Shown here piece after piece: positions 10,717 through 23,600 of a DNA stretch of 64,000 bases. Positions within the stretch are counted from its first letter, which is position 1, and each line of letters opens with the position of its first letter. Under the pieces are notes generated by a model that was not told the origin of the DNA, did not search any database, and worked only from the letters and a program-made list of their open reading frames with translations. Made by a program: the position numbers and the translations under genes. Origin of the DNA: a virus; the IMG/VR virus record IMGVR_UViG_3300034198_015644, positions 32,001-96,000 of that record; one strand, written 5' to 3'.

Positions 10717-11622
10717 ATGTCAACAGGAAATTATGGAATAATCAGACCCGCAGACGTGTCACCAGATGACATGGAGGTTTTTTACCATTTTACCCCTACT
10801 AGGGATCAAATTGGTAATGTAAATTTAATAAAGTTGGATCCAAATACTATAGTTAAAAAAATTGACAACCCAACTAATCCAAACCAAATATTTGGAGGTT
10901 TATATACCCTACAACTACCAACCTCAATTTTTAACCAAAAAGGTATATATACTTTAGTAATTAAACCTAAAGAAATTAGGACAAGAATATTAGATTGCGG
11001 AGTTCTTTCATCATTTCCTGAGGTTAGAGGAATCATATTTGATTCAGGACAAATACCCGCAGGTGATGTTACTAAATTTGAAAATGGGGCGTTAGTTGGT
11101 TATAGAGTAGAATATTTAAGTACTGACCCTAATGCACCTGAAAAGAAAATTCAAAATTTATTTAGAATTTTTACGTCTAATAATAAAGCGGAGGCGGTAA
11201 GTCAAAATTTAAATAATACTACACAAAAGGCATTAACTTATAGATTTAACGATAACTCAAGCTTAGTATTTTGCACAGTAACACCTAGCTCTGCACCAAG
11301 TGTTAGACCTAACGCGTTACCATATATTGGAGTACCCGGACAAGATGTGATAATAACAAATACATTTTTTAATCCAGTATCAATTGAAATTGATATGGTA
11401 GAATATGATATAGAATCATTGGCATATGGTTTATTTGGTAATCAAACCAAATCCATTGATGATGGTATATATACAATTTATAACTTTCAAAATCAAATTT
11501 ACAAACAATATAACTTGTTTGAAATTAAAGATCAATATGATAAAGCGTTATATGAAGTTAGAGAAGAAAGAACTAATATTGATTTTGGTAAAGATTTTGT
11601 AACTGTAACTAGTGGTTTATAA
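10717..11622 (+). CDS. Putative virion structural (baseplate) protein
   Basis: 301 aa, begins 'MSTGNYGIIRPADVSPDD', located within the baseplate operon. Confidence 0.5.
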   Translation: MSTGNYGIIRPADVSPDDMEVFYHFTPTRDQIGNVNLIKLDPNTIVKKIDNPTNPNQIFGGLYTLQLPTSIFNQKGIYTLVIKPKEIRTRILDCGVLSSFPEVRGIIFDSGQIPAGDVTKFENGALVGYRVEYLSTDPNAPEKKIQNLFRIFTSNNKAEAVSQNLNNTTQKALTYRFNDNSSLVFCTVTPSSAPSVRPNALPYIGVPGQDVIITNTFFNPVSIEIDMVEYDIESLAYGLFGNQTKSIDDGIYTIYNFQNQIYKQYNLFEIKDQYDKALYEVREERTNIDFGKDFVTVTSGL

Positions 11623-11625
11623 TAG

Positions 11626-14187
11626 ATGGCGACAGTTAAGACAAAAGTAGTTGGGAATAATTTTGATCCTTACTTAGTAGGATTACAATGGACTAGTGAA
11701 GGAGGTACACCTCTTTTCACTGTAGGTAATTTTCAAATTACTACTAACTTAACTTCACCACCCAAAAGAAATTTTCAACTAGGATCATTTTCAGATCCAT
11801 TAACATTAGAAAATTTAGGTACAACACTTACTGAGGCGACTCAATTTGTTGACGATAATTATAGTATTTTTCTAAATTTAAATACTGAAAATTTATTAAG
11901 TTTTACTTTATTTGGTTCATTTAAAGAATTTGTAAGGGTAGAGTTAGAACAAATACAATTAAATTGGCCTGCTTCAATATACGTTTTTTATGCGTATGGA
12001 ACAACTACGGGTAACACCATGACGAATTATAGTTATAATTCGGGAACAGGAGAGGCTTCATTTGATGTATCTACTAATTTTTTCTACAATAATTATAATA
12101 TAAATTTTTTACAAAGTGGTGCTTTATTACCAAACACTTCAATACCTAGTTCAATAAGAAATTTAAGTGTTTATTATCCTGAGTATGAAATTTTTATAAA
12201 TGGACAAAGTTATCCTATCATTGGGTTTACGGGGTCGACTACCATAACTAATGGTACAGTAAATTTTATCATTCAAGGAGATCCACTTAGCGGTGCAACA
12301 AACACCACATTATCTTATCATATAAGACCAAATAGTAGATATTTGGAAAGATTTTTTTCCAATTTAGATGATTTTGCTAGATTTCTATTAAATAGAAATA
12401 CAGTACCTCAATATACATGTATGATATATTATGAGGAACAAAATGAAAATTATCAAATACTACAAAGATCACAAAGATTCACATGGCCGGTTACAGATGG
12501 ATATAATTTAGATTTAAATACGGGTGAATTTTTATTATATAGAAAATCATTATTAGAAATTGCAGAAAATTATGACGAGTATAGATCAGATTTAATGAGA
12601 AGAATGCTCGTAACAGAGTCTGTATCATACTTTGAATTAAATCCAAGACTATCCGCGTATATACCAATTAATACTACAGAAAAAATTGATAAATTATTAA
12701 ACATTTATGGTAGAGAGTTTGATGAAATAAGAAAGTACATTGAAGGTATTTCTTTTGCGGCAACAGTATCATATAATAAACAAGGTAATACTCCTGATGC
12801 TTTAATAAAAGATTTTGCTTATTATTTAGGTTGGGACATATTATCACCTATGGACGAGAATCAACTCTTCCAAAATTTTATGCCAACACAGAGTGTATTT
12901 TCAGGAATGACGGTTGGTTATACCCCTGCGGAGGCAGAGATTGAATTTTGGAGAAGATTAATTTTAAATTCGTCATTTTTATGGAAGAGTAAAGGCACTA
13001 GAAAACCAATCGAATTTTTATTTGATTTTATTAATACACCACCCGCTTTAGTTAATTTTAATGAATACATTTATCAAGCAAAAAATAAATTAGATATTAA
13101 TAATTTTAGACAAATAATACAATATCTTTATGATGATACTAATTTAGATGGATATAATGTGGATGAAAATGGTTATCCTAAAGTTCCGGTAGACACACTA
13201 CAAAATTATTTTCAAAAAGGTGGAGGATGGTACAGAGAAACCGCAGGAATCAATTCCCAAGTAGATTATTATGAAGGTAATAATCCACATATAGGACCTT
13301 ACGATGGTGGACAATTCTATATAGATAGTTTTCGTTGTTTATTAGAAAATTTTTCAGGACAAACAATAAAAATAACTAATGAGTATGTAGAATTTACAAA
13401 TATATTTTCAAATTATTATGGTGGCACAGTTGGAGATTATACAGGACAAATTTATGTTGATCCTGTAGATGGAGGTAACAATCCAACAGATTGTATATTA
13501 ATAGCAGGTACAGTAGTTACTGCAATTACGGCACCAGAATATACGGTATGTGGTTGTTTGTTACCATCAGGATTAACTAAGGCAATTGTGATTAACGTAA
13601 GACCAAATCCAAACCCGAACCCTGGATGTTCAACTGCGGCAACTCCATCTTGCCCAAGCAATTTATTGTATTATAATCAAGTTAATAATTTGCATGTTTG
13701 GATAGATAATAATACTGGTAATTTCGTAAATCAAGTACCGGCACAATGTTGTCAAGATATTGGAGGGGTTTATGATTCGTTAACACAACATTGTTTAGTT
13801 TCGGGAACTAATGGTTCTTCAGGAACTAGCGGTTCTTCAGGAACTAGTGGGTCTTCAGGAACTAGTGGGTCTTCAGGAACTAGCGGTTCTTCAGGAACTA
13901 GCGGTTCTTCAGGAACTAGTGGCGGTGGGGCATATAGATCTTGGATTATTACAAAATGTATAAATTCTTGTGGAGCAAATGGTTACGAATGTATTGGACC
14001 TTCAACAGTCACAGTTTATACTAACTCTACTGTAACATCTTTAACTGATCCAAATACGGTAATTTATTCAGACCCATTAGGAACTACATTATTTAGTTTA
14101 CAATATTTCTCTCGTTTAGGAAGTATATACATTACAGATATTGATGGCACCCCTGCGGTAGAAGGTGCAATAGGAAATCCGTGTTAA
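11626..14187 (+). CDS. Baseplate/tail structural protein (gp7/P2 gpI-like 'KSKGT' motif) with a C-terminal SGTSGS repeat and Cys-rich tip
   Basis: 853 aa; 'PDALIKDFAYYLGW..WRRLILNSSFLWKSKGTRKPIEFL' resembles the helical wedge motif of baseplate I/gp7-like proteins. Confidence 0.55.
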   Translation: MATVKTKVVGNNFDPYLVGLQWTSEGGTPLFTVGNFQITTNLTSPPKRNFQLGSFSDPLTLENLGTTLTEATQFVDDNYSIFLNLNTENLLSFTLFGSFKEFVRVELEQIQLNWPASIYVFYAYGTTTGNTMTNYSYNSGTGEASFDVSTNFFYNNYNINFLQSGALLPNTSIPSSIRNLSVYYPEYEIFINGQSYPIIGFTGSTTITNGTVNFIIQGDPLSGATNTTLSYHIRPNSRYLERFFSNLDDFARFLLNRNTVPQYTCMIYYEEQNENYQILQRSQRFTWPVTDGYNLDLNTGEFLLYRKSLLEIAENYDEYRSDLMRRMLVTESVSYFELNPRLSAYIPINTTEKIDKLLNIYGREFDEIRKYIEGISFAATVSYNKQGNTPDALIKDFAYYLGWDILSPMDENQLFQNFMPTQSVFSGMTVGYTPAEAEIEFWRRLILNSSFLWKSKGTRKPIEFLFDFINTPPALVNFNEYIYQAKNKLDINNFRQIIQYLYDDTNLDGYNVDENGYPKVPVDTLQNYFQKGGGWYRETAGINSQVDYYEGNNPHIGPYDGGQFYIDSFRCLLENFSGQTIKITNEYVEFTNIFSNYYGGTVGDYTGQIYVDPVDGGNNPTDCILIAGTVVTAITAPEYTVCGCLLPSGLTKAIVINVRPNPNPNPGCSTAATPSCPSNLLYYNQVNNLHVWIDNNTGNFVNQVPAQCCQDIGGVYDSLTQHCLVSGTNGSSGTSGSSGTSGSSGTSGSSGTSGSSGTSGSSGTSGGGAYRSWIITKCINSCGANGYECIGPSTVTVYTNSTVTSLTDPNTVIYSDPLGTTLFSLQYFSRLGSIYITDIDGTPAVEGAIGNPC
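13801..13923 (+). repeat. 18-bp coding tandem repeat (about 6.8 copies of TCAGGAACTAGYGGKTCT) encoding SGTSGS
   Basis: Directly visible; Gly at every third residue. Confidence 0.95.
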
Positions 14188-14197
14188 AAATTTAAAT

Positions 14198-14557
14198 ATG
14201 GAAATACATAAACTTCGTTGGCCACTTAATGAATGTCCCATTCCCGTTAAATTTAAAACACAAAAACCTATAATTTATCCGATCATAGAAAATTTTTATG
14301 AATTACCCGATGAACAAAAAAATGTTTTATTAGAAATAAAAAAGATAATAAATTTTTATTTACCCGATGCGAAGTTATTTTTATTTGGTTCTAGAATAAA
14401 AGGTAATTGGGATGAAAATAGTGATTATGACATAATGGTTGAAACTAAAGAAAATGGCGAAAAAAATAAAATTTTAAAAAAATACGATTTTGGGGTAAAA
14501 GTAGACATTTGTTTTACCCAAAAATACGAAGCACTAAAAAAAATTGAAATTACTTAA
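14198..14557 (+). CDS. Minimal nucleotidyltransferase (MNT, Pol-beta superfamily)
   Basis: 119 aa with 'LFLFGSRIKGNWDENSDYDIMV' (GS-x10-DxD) and a third acidic residue in 'KVDI'. Confidence 0.85.
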   Translation: MEIHKLRWPLNECPIPVKFKTQKPIIYPIIENFYELPDEQKNVLLEIKKIINFYLPDAKLFLFGSRIKGNWDENSDYDIMVETKENGEKNKILKKYDFGVKVDICFTQKYEALKKIEIT

Positions 14558-14587
14558 AAAATAAAAAATAATTTGAAAAAAACTTCA

Positions 14588-14610
14588 AAAACAAAATAAT
14601 TATTTTAAAA
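14588..14610 (+). promoter_or_regulatory. 23-bp element duplicated upstream of the 4101-aa and 626-aa genes (copy 1)
   Basis: AAAACAAAATAATTATTTTAAAA is identical at 14588-14610 and 27037-27059 and contains the 14-bp palindrome AAAATAATTATTTT. Confidence 0.6.
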
Positions 14611-14618
14611 TTGACATA

Positions 14619-17600
14619 ATGGCGTTCCCAATATTAAGAGATCCTGAAGTAATACATTTATTTGTAGATAAGTTCCCAACTTTATTGAGTGGTCCGTCTA
14701 GTGCAATTACAGAATTTTATAGTTTTTGTGTAAAAAATGGAGTAAATGAACTTTCATTATATGACACATTAAGTGTTTTACCAAGTTCAACAAACTCAGT
14801 TAGTAATTTTATTTATAGTGCAAAAACTTTTAATTACGTATGTGAAGTTGGCGGAACCGTAAATCCTTATGATCCTGCAACATTAGGATTAAAATATTTA
14901 AACTTAATTACTACCTACAATAATGGACAACCAAATCTATCAAGAAAATACGATAGGATAACTATTGAGAATGAATTTTGGAACTTAGAGACAAGTATTA
15001 ATCCATTAAAAAATACTGCAGGATTTACCATATCAACAATTGCGGGAAATACTGTGGCATCCATAGCAGGGGGAATACCCTCATCAATTTTTGTTGTGGG
15101 AAATATGGTTAAAGTTTTTGGTGAATATAGACAAGTCTTAGCAATTGGGGCGACAACAATAACTGTTGATAGAGGATTTACTAATACAGTAACAAATCAA
15201 ACTTTTGAAATTAGAGATAATAAAGTTTCGGGGGCAGAAACATATGCAATTGATTTTGAAACATATTTGTTGCGTTTAAAAAATATTAGAAATGTTGCAG
15301 TTGCAAATAATTTAAAAATAGATGCATATCTTTCAAGAAGAGTAACACAAGTACAATTTTTAAAATTAATTCCATTTATTGACAGAATTTTAATTGAGGC
15401 AGATTACGATCAAAATAATTATTTACTATATAACGACCCAACACAATTAAATAAAATACGAGATGTTTTAATTAGATGTAGTCAAAATAGAACAGGTACT
15501 GTCAATATCAATGTTGGTAACAATAATATGCAAGGTATTGGGACTGACTTTACCAATGAGTTGGGAGTTGGTACAAAGATTTACGTTAGTGGACAAGTTT
15601 TTACAATACAATCTATTGTAAGCTCAACGCAGGCAACTTTATTGGAAACTAACAATAGTAGTACAATTAATAATGCAACTTTTAAAACTTATACAGAATT
15701 TGCCCCAATATTCTATATCAACAAGACATTAAGAAAAACTTGGTTAACCACACCTGTTAGTACTAAAAGTTATGCTGATGTTTTTAAAATGTTTACACTT
15801 AGTGGTTATACAGTAGGAGGATCAGTACAATCAGGTAGTAACCCAATTTGTTATAATTTGGAAGACAACCCATCAATAACTGGTGCGACTAATTTGATTG
15901 GCATATCAATATTTGATAGAACTGAGGCACAATCTATAGACATAAAAGTTGCACAATCTTCTTCACCAAGATCAAGTTGTACCAATCCTTTGGCTAGATC
16001 TATTGGTGCTAACAATACTTATGCAATAACTTTTCAAGGAAATGATTGTACCTGTGATAATGCGACAAATGGATCAGTAACTGCGAATTTTAGTACAATA
16101 CAACCTACCCCATACAACTATACATTTACAAATGGTGGTAGAGTAATTGAGATTACAAATTTAACTACACCACCACCATATACGTTTAGTGGTCTAGGTT
16201 TAGGTACTTGGAACATATCAGTAAGAGATGGTAATAATAGTGTTTCAACAGGTAGTGTCACAATAAATGAATCATTTCAACCAACCATTACAGGTAATTA
16301 TATAAGTGCAGGTCAAGGCGGAATTACAGTATTCTATACGGGAGGTTATAACAACTACTATATTTCAAGAATAGATAACCCAACAAATATAAACAATCAA
16401 TGGGGACCTTTTATTTCATATCACAATGCAGGTAGTGATCCATTTTTTGATTCTAACATAACAGTTAATAATACAACAAAATCATATAATTCATCATCTA
16501 CTCCTGCGTATAATTTTGTACCAAATCAAAGTTATAGTTTTGTTATTGGAGATACAGATGCATGTATTAAAATTTTTACTGTAACAATACCTCAAGCGTC
16601 AACGGGACCTTCAGTAAATATTACTCAAACTACCAATCCATCTTGTGATGCAGCATCAAACGGTTCTATAACTATGGTTGCAGCAGGCACAGGACCTTAC
16701 GTATTTCATGTAACATATCCAAATGGAAATACAAGTAACATAAATAGTGTGAGTACTACACAAGTATTAAATAATTTATCGGCAGGAAATTACTCAGTAA
16801 CAGTAACAGATGCAAATAATGTTACATCTACCCCTGCGGTTACTACAACTTTAACTAATACATATAATTCAAATATAAATGCAACTAGTACATCACCTAA
16901 TCAAGTGTGTTTTCAATTAGTCGCAGGATCAACATATACTATAACATCAGGAGGGGGAACATTCCAATCATTTAATCAAACAGTAAGTGGACCTAACTTT
17001 ACCCCATGTTTTAATAATTTACCAGGAGGACAATATAACTTTAATGTTTTATCTTCTAATGGTTGTTCAGAAACAATTTATTTAACAGTTAATAGTGCAA
17101 CATTAACATTATCATTAAATCAATACGAAAATCCAAGTTGTACACAAGTTAATGATGGAATTATTAATGTATTTGCGACAAGTAATGGTAATGGACAATT
17201 TTCTTATTCCGCATCAAATGGTAGTGTAATTTATAGCAACAATAGTGGTAATTTTACTAATTTGAGTGCCGGTACTTGGACATTATCAGTTAGTCAAAAT
17301 GGAATTTTGGGGAATAATATTGTAGTGCAATTAAATAATTCATTTTATGTTAATGTGACTAGTACAGGTGAAACTGTATGTGTTAGTGCGAGTGGTGGTT
17401 CATTAGGTATTTATACTGTAGATATTAACGGTACGTTACACACCTATAACACCGCATCCACAATAAATTGTTATACTGGTCTTTGTTCGGGAAATGTTGT
17501 CAGAGTTGTTGATGGTGACATTATAAACACTTCAATATCAGGTTGTGTATACACCACAACAACACCTAAAGATTGTGCATTTAATTTTAACGTCACTGCT

Positions 17601-20600
17601 AATACAATTACTTGTGGCGACTACGGATCAATAATAGCTAGGGCGGATGGTGGAGTTACTCCATATATTTATACTGCCACAGGTAATGGTACGTACACGA
17701 ATACTACAGGTAATTTTAATGTTTTACCATCAGGTATATGGACAATAACAGTAGAGGATAACATTGGTAACTCAGGAACTACGACAGTTAATTTAGATAG
17801 TAAACTTAAATTTAGTGCCGACAGTAGCGCTCTTAGTGCAACATGTGTTACCATTATAGATGGTTTAGCACCTTACTATATTTTAATAAATCAAATATTA
17901 TATACTGCCTCTACACAAGGAACTTATTGTTTTGATTTAGAATGTGGTTATAATGGTATTGATGTATATGATAGTTGTACAGGAACTACTTGTGCAAATT
18001 ATTTATTTACTGCTCCGGGTGGAATACAAAGTTTTTTTCAAAATATATTTTGGACTAATTGTAGTGGAATGACACAAAGTGGAATTTTAAATTCAATTAG
18101 CCCTATCATAGGTAATACTTTTAGTACCTGTGCAATTTTTGGAACTCCTGTTACTACAAATTCTAAAATAGAAATAAGTCTAATAGGTTTTTGTCCACCC
18201 GGCACAAATCAAGATTGCGTGGTTGATAATAGTGTGATTGTGTATTATGATTGTCCGGGACCATTAAGTTTAGAACAAACTCAAGATAGTGTCAATCCTA
18301 GCTGTACTGATAGTAGTGATGGTGAGATATACTTTAGTGGTTTTGGTGGGGACTATCCCTATGTTAGTTATTCAGCAATAAATGGTAATACCATATATGT
18401 TAATGGTACAGGTACATTTTCAAATTTAAGTGCAGGTACTTGGACGATTTATGTTGAAGATAGTTCAAACACTATAACATCAACAACTGTAACATTAGTT
18501 TCAGATTTTATAGTTGATTTTACTATCACTAGTTTTACAGAAAACAGCGTGACCATTTGTGCTAATATACCAATCCAATATCAAACATTAGAATATGAAT
18601 TAACGTTTGAAAATCAAACGGCGATATTGAATGCATCTAATTCTTTTTGTAATACATTTACAGGGATAACAGGATGTAGTGTAGTTAATGTTAATTTATG
18701 TTCTTTAAGAAATTATAGAAGGCTTACTAATATTGGTGGTGGAGGTAGAAGTGTAATTAAAGGAAGTGATGGTCTTTTTTATGGGGTAACACAAATTGGT
18801 GGTTTATACAATTATGGGACTATATACAGATATAATGAAACCACTAAGGTTTATACTACATTACATAGTTTTAATGGGACTACAGATGGAAACACCCCGC
18901 AAGATATAATTGAAGTATCTAATGGAAAATTATACGGAATTTGTTTAGTCGGTGGTAATAGTGGTTATGGTACGTTGTTTAGTTGTACCACTTCAGGATC
19001 ATACGCAGTAATACATAATTTTGATGGGACGAACGGTGGAAATCCGGTTAGCAATTTAACTTTGGCTAGTAATGGTGTCATGTATGGAATGACACAATAT
19101 GATTCTACTTATGGATACGGCACTATATTTAGTTGTAGTACCATTGGAAATTTTGGGGTAGTTTATTCTTTCCAATACGTTTTTTCCATACCTTTTGATG
19201 GGTACAACCCAACAGGAAAATTAATCGAAGCATCTAATGGGTTACTTTATGGGGTCACACCACTTGGAGGTTCGAGTGACCAAGGAATTTTATTTAATTA
19301 TGATTATATAAATAATCAATATAACAATTTATTTTCTTTTGATTATGGGTCAGTCGCATATCCAAATGAAATAGTTGAAGGATTGGATAATAATTTATAT
19401 GTAATAGGTGATACATTTTCAAATAAAAGTATTTATAAATTAGATTTATCGGGAACACCAAAAGGAAATGTACATAATTTTTCATTAAGTGACGGATCAA
19501 ATGCAAATAAATTAATAAAAGGACTTAATGGTAATTTATGGGGATCAACTTTATATGGTGGTTTATATAATTTTGGTACAATATTTAGTTGTGATACTTT
19601 AGGTAATTTTGAAGTACTGTATAATTTTAAAAATTCTCTTCCAAATGACAATTTCTTATTGAATACTAACTCAACAATATTTTATGGGACAAGACAATCA
19701 AATATATTGTATAAAATAAATGTTAGTTTACCCGAATCTTGTTGTTTTGATACAACTACAAATTTAAATGATTTGTTAAAACCAAATATAATTTCTCTTT
19801 ATGGAGACTATGTTAATGGGGTGCCAAGTATTTGTACTACGATAGATATTAGTAGCTCAGTTAATGTTTGGTATACTGTAACTGTAAATGGAGAAGAAAA
19901 CATATATGATAGAAGTTTAGAACCTAATTGTTTTAGTGCGCTAACTGAGGGGTTAACAGATGTTTCTATATGTGAATATGTGGATTCATTTAACTATCTA
20001 GCAATACATTATTTTGACTCAACTAACAATACTTTTGGGACTACTCCTAATGGAGGTTTGATAGAGGCAAGTGACGGCAACTTTTATGGTATGACATTTA
20101 ACGGAGGTTCAAATGATTTTGGTGTAATTTATAGTTGTGATACTATAGGTAATTATGGTATAATATATAATTTTGGGTCTGTTTTATTTGATGGAAAATA
20201 TCCACTTGGATCTTTAATACAAGGATCAAACGGAACATTATATGGGATGACATCATCAGACAATATATTAAATTTATGTGGAGTAATTTTTAGTTGTACT
20301 ACAACAGGTAATTATGGGATAATACATAGATTTGATAATACAGTTACTAATGGCGTAACTAAAGGAAGAACACCTGAAGGTTCTTTATGCGAAGTTTCTG
20401 ATGGATTCTTATATGGGGTGACAAGATATGGAGGTTTTAATAATGGTGGGGTAATATTTAAAATTAACCCAACAACAGGACAATATTTTTCAATTTATGA
20501 ATTTGGACAAGCACCAAATGATCCATTAGAACCAATAGAAGGTGTAATAGAAGTTAACAATAAATTATATGGAATGTCTTACTTTGGAGGACAACATAAT

Positions 20601-23600
20601 TTTGGCACTATATATGAATTGGACTTAAACATAGGTGTACCTAATACTGTATTTAGTTTTGAAAATGTAACTGGTTCGGGAGATATTGGATTTTATCCTA
20701 ATGGAAAATTAACTTTAGGGTCAAACGGATTGTTATATGGACTAACAACTGGTGGAGGATTTTATGGAGTAGGGGCATTTTTTGAATTCGATCCAACTTA
20801 TCTAACCTATAGGACAATACATAGTTTTAGTGGCACCCCTATTGACGGTGAGACTGCGACAGGTACTTTATTTGAAGATGAAAATGGAGTATTTTATGGG
20901 TTAACAAAAGAAGGTGGACCTATAGGTCGAGGAACAATTTTTGCTTGTGATATATATGATAATTATAAAATTTTAAAAACTTTAAATAATTCAAACGGTA
21001 GATATCCTGAGAATACATATTTTATAAAGGCATCCGATAATAATTTATATTCTACAGTTAGTGGTGGATTACCTAATAATGGTGGTGGTATTATAAAATT
21101 AACAATTGAAACATTAACGGGTTGTTGTTATAGTGCAACTACAAATATACCACAGTGTTTAGACGGAGTGACTATTGACACATTATGGATAGATAATATG
21201 CCATATGTTAATGTATTAATTAATAGTCAAAATACTACACCTCCATATGAAGTTACGGTTGGGGGTATAACATATCCTTATTATGTTGGATCATTAACCG
21301 GAAATTGTTACCCAATAATCGGATGTGATCCAGTTATTGTAAATGTTTGTGCACCTGAGATTACTTCCCAACAATTAAGTGGATTTACAGTAGAACATAA
21401 ATTTAGTTTTTCAGATGCTTATGATGGTAAAAATCCATATGGTGATTTAACATTAAATTATAATGGAATATTTTATGGAATGACATCGCAGGGTGGTGTA
21501 AATGAGCCAGGATATTTCCCCACAGGATGCGGAACAATTTTTAGTTTTGATCCAATAACTAAGATTTATCAAAAAGTTTATGATTTAGACGCTGATAATG
21601 GAGATGGATTTTTTCCAAAAGGAACATTACAATGTGACCTAAATTATAATTTATATGGGGTTAATTATTACGATGCAGTTAGTGGTTATGGTACGTTGTT
21701 TAGTTGTACCACTTCAGGATCATACGCAGTAATACATAATTTTGACGATGTTAATGGATCAAATCCTGTTACATTACCTAGTAGAGAACCATTAACAGGA
21801 CGATTCCAAAGAGTCGGAACAACAATAAAAAGTGCAACCGGTGATGGAGTTTTATATAGTTTTGATAATGGTACACACGTGAATGATGATTTTAGCTCAA
21901 TAGGGTCTTTTGGTCGAGGCACTAATTCATATTTTAATGACCCATCTATATCTTATAATAAAGGAATAAATTCAAACGGACCCTTATTAGTTGATCAAGA
22001 GTTATCATTAATATATTTCGGATCAACTCAAGCATTTGTTTACGGCATGACAAAAGAAGGGGGAACAAACAATAATGGTGTTATTTTTGCTTATGACTTT
22101 TTTGTCTATGGTTTATACGATATTTATAATTTTACAGGCGGAGCGGACGGAGGAAAACCAACAGGAGGTTTAATTAAGTATAGTTATGGGTTATATAATA
22201 AAGTTTATGGAATGACTTCAGAAGGTGGTGCAGGTTTTGGTGTCATATTTGAGATGGATTTATCAATTTTTGGTTCACCTGTAAATACAATTTTACATAC
22301 ATTTGCGGGAGGAACTTCTGATGGATCTAGACCATATGGTTCATTATACGAATTTAATGGTCGACTTTATGGTATGACATATTATGGAGGAACGAATAAT
22401 GCCGGTGTAATATTCTCATTAGACCCAAGACTTCCTTATCCACACGACTATACAATCATTCATAGCTTTAATGGAAGTACGGGAGGATCAAATCCTGTAG
22501 GTTCATTGACAATGGGCCCTGATGGTAAATTATATGGTATGACATTGTATGGCGGTAATGGAGTAGGTGTAGGAGGTAAAGGTATAATATTTAGTATTGA
22601 TTTTAATTTAACTCAAAGAGCGGCATGTTGTTATCAAACAACCATAGACGTAAATGATCCTAACGATATAAATTTACCTCTTATTGAGGGAACTTGGTTT
22701 AATTCACAACCAACAATTTCTGTGAGCATTGACCCAAATAATTATTATGTCGCTCCTTATACTGTAACTATTGATGGAGTTACATATAACTATGACACAA
22801 ATAGTGCTAAAAATTATTTCCCACAATTAAGTTGTGGTACACATACAGTAGTCATTACACCAAATGCGGGAAACAATACACTTGACTTTTCGGGTTTAAA
22901 ATCGTTTAGTGGACCAACAATTGATCCGGGTTCATTATTTGGTAATCCAATTGAACCAATCACCAACGAATTTTATGCCTTATCTTATGCGGGTGGAGCA
23001 TTAAATTTTGGTACAATTTTTAAGATTGATTTGTTAGGTAATGTTGAGATACTTCATAATTTTTCAGGATCAACTTATGGTGATGGAAACCACCCAATAC
23101 AAGATTTAATTTTATCGTCAAATGGAAAAATGTACGGTACAACCTCGGAAGGCGGAATATATAATGCGGGTACAATATTTAGTTGTGATACTTTAGGTAA
23201 TTATGGTATAGTTTATAATTTTTCTGGTGGCACAAATGGAGGTGGACCGATTCAAAATTTAACAGAAGTTTCTAATGGTATTTTTTATGGATTAGTGTAT
23301 CAAACCGGTGCATTTGGTATGGGTATTATTTTTAGTTGTGATACAATAGGAAATTATAAATTGATTCATAGTTTTAGTGGGTCACCTTATGATGGGATGC
23401 AACCTTTAGAAAGTTTTTATAAACATTCAAATGGTATTTTATATGGTACTACATTTAATGGGGGTACTTATAATGCGGGAACAATTTTTAGTTGTGACAC
23501 TTTAGGTAATTATGGTATAATTCATAGTTTTAATAATACAGTGATTCCCAATAACGGATGCAACCCAAGATGTACGTTAATTGAGGGAGATAATGGTATT

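Noticed and set aside
13801-13923. CRISPR array
   Set aside because: These are contiguous 18-bp coding repeats with no spacers. The PD-(D/E)XK nuclease has no cas context.
18959-21745. Diversity-generating retroelement TR/VR pair
   Set aside because: The repeats are identical with no adenine-specific mismatches, both are internal coding sequence, and there is no reverse transcriptase in the window.
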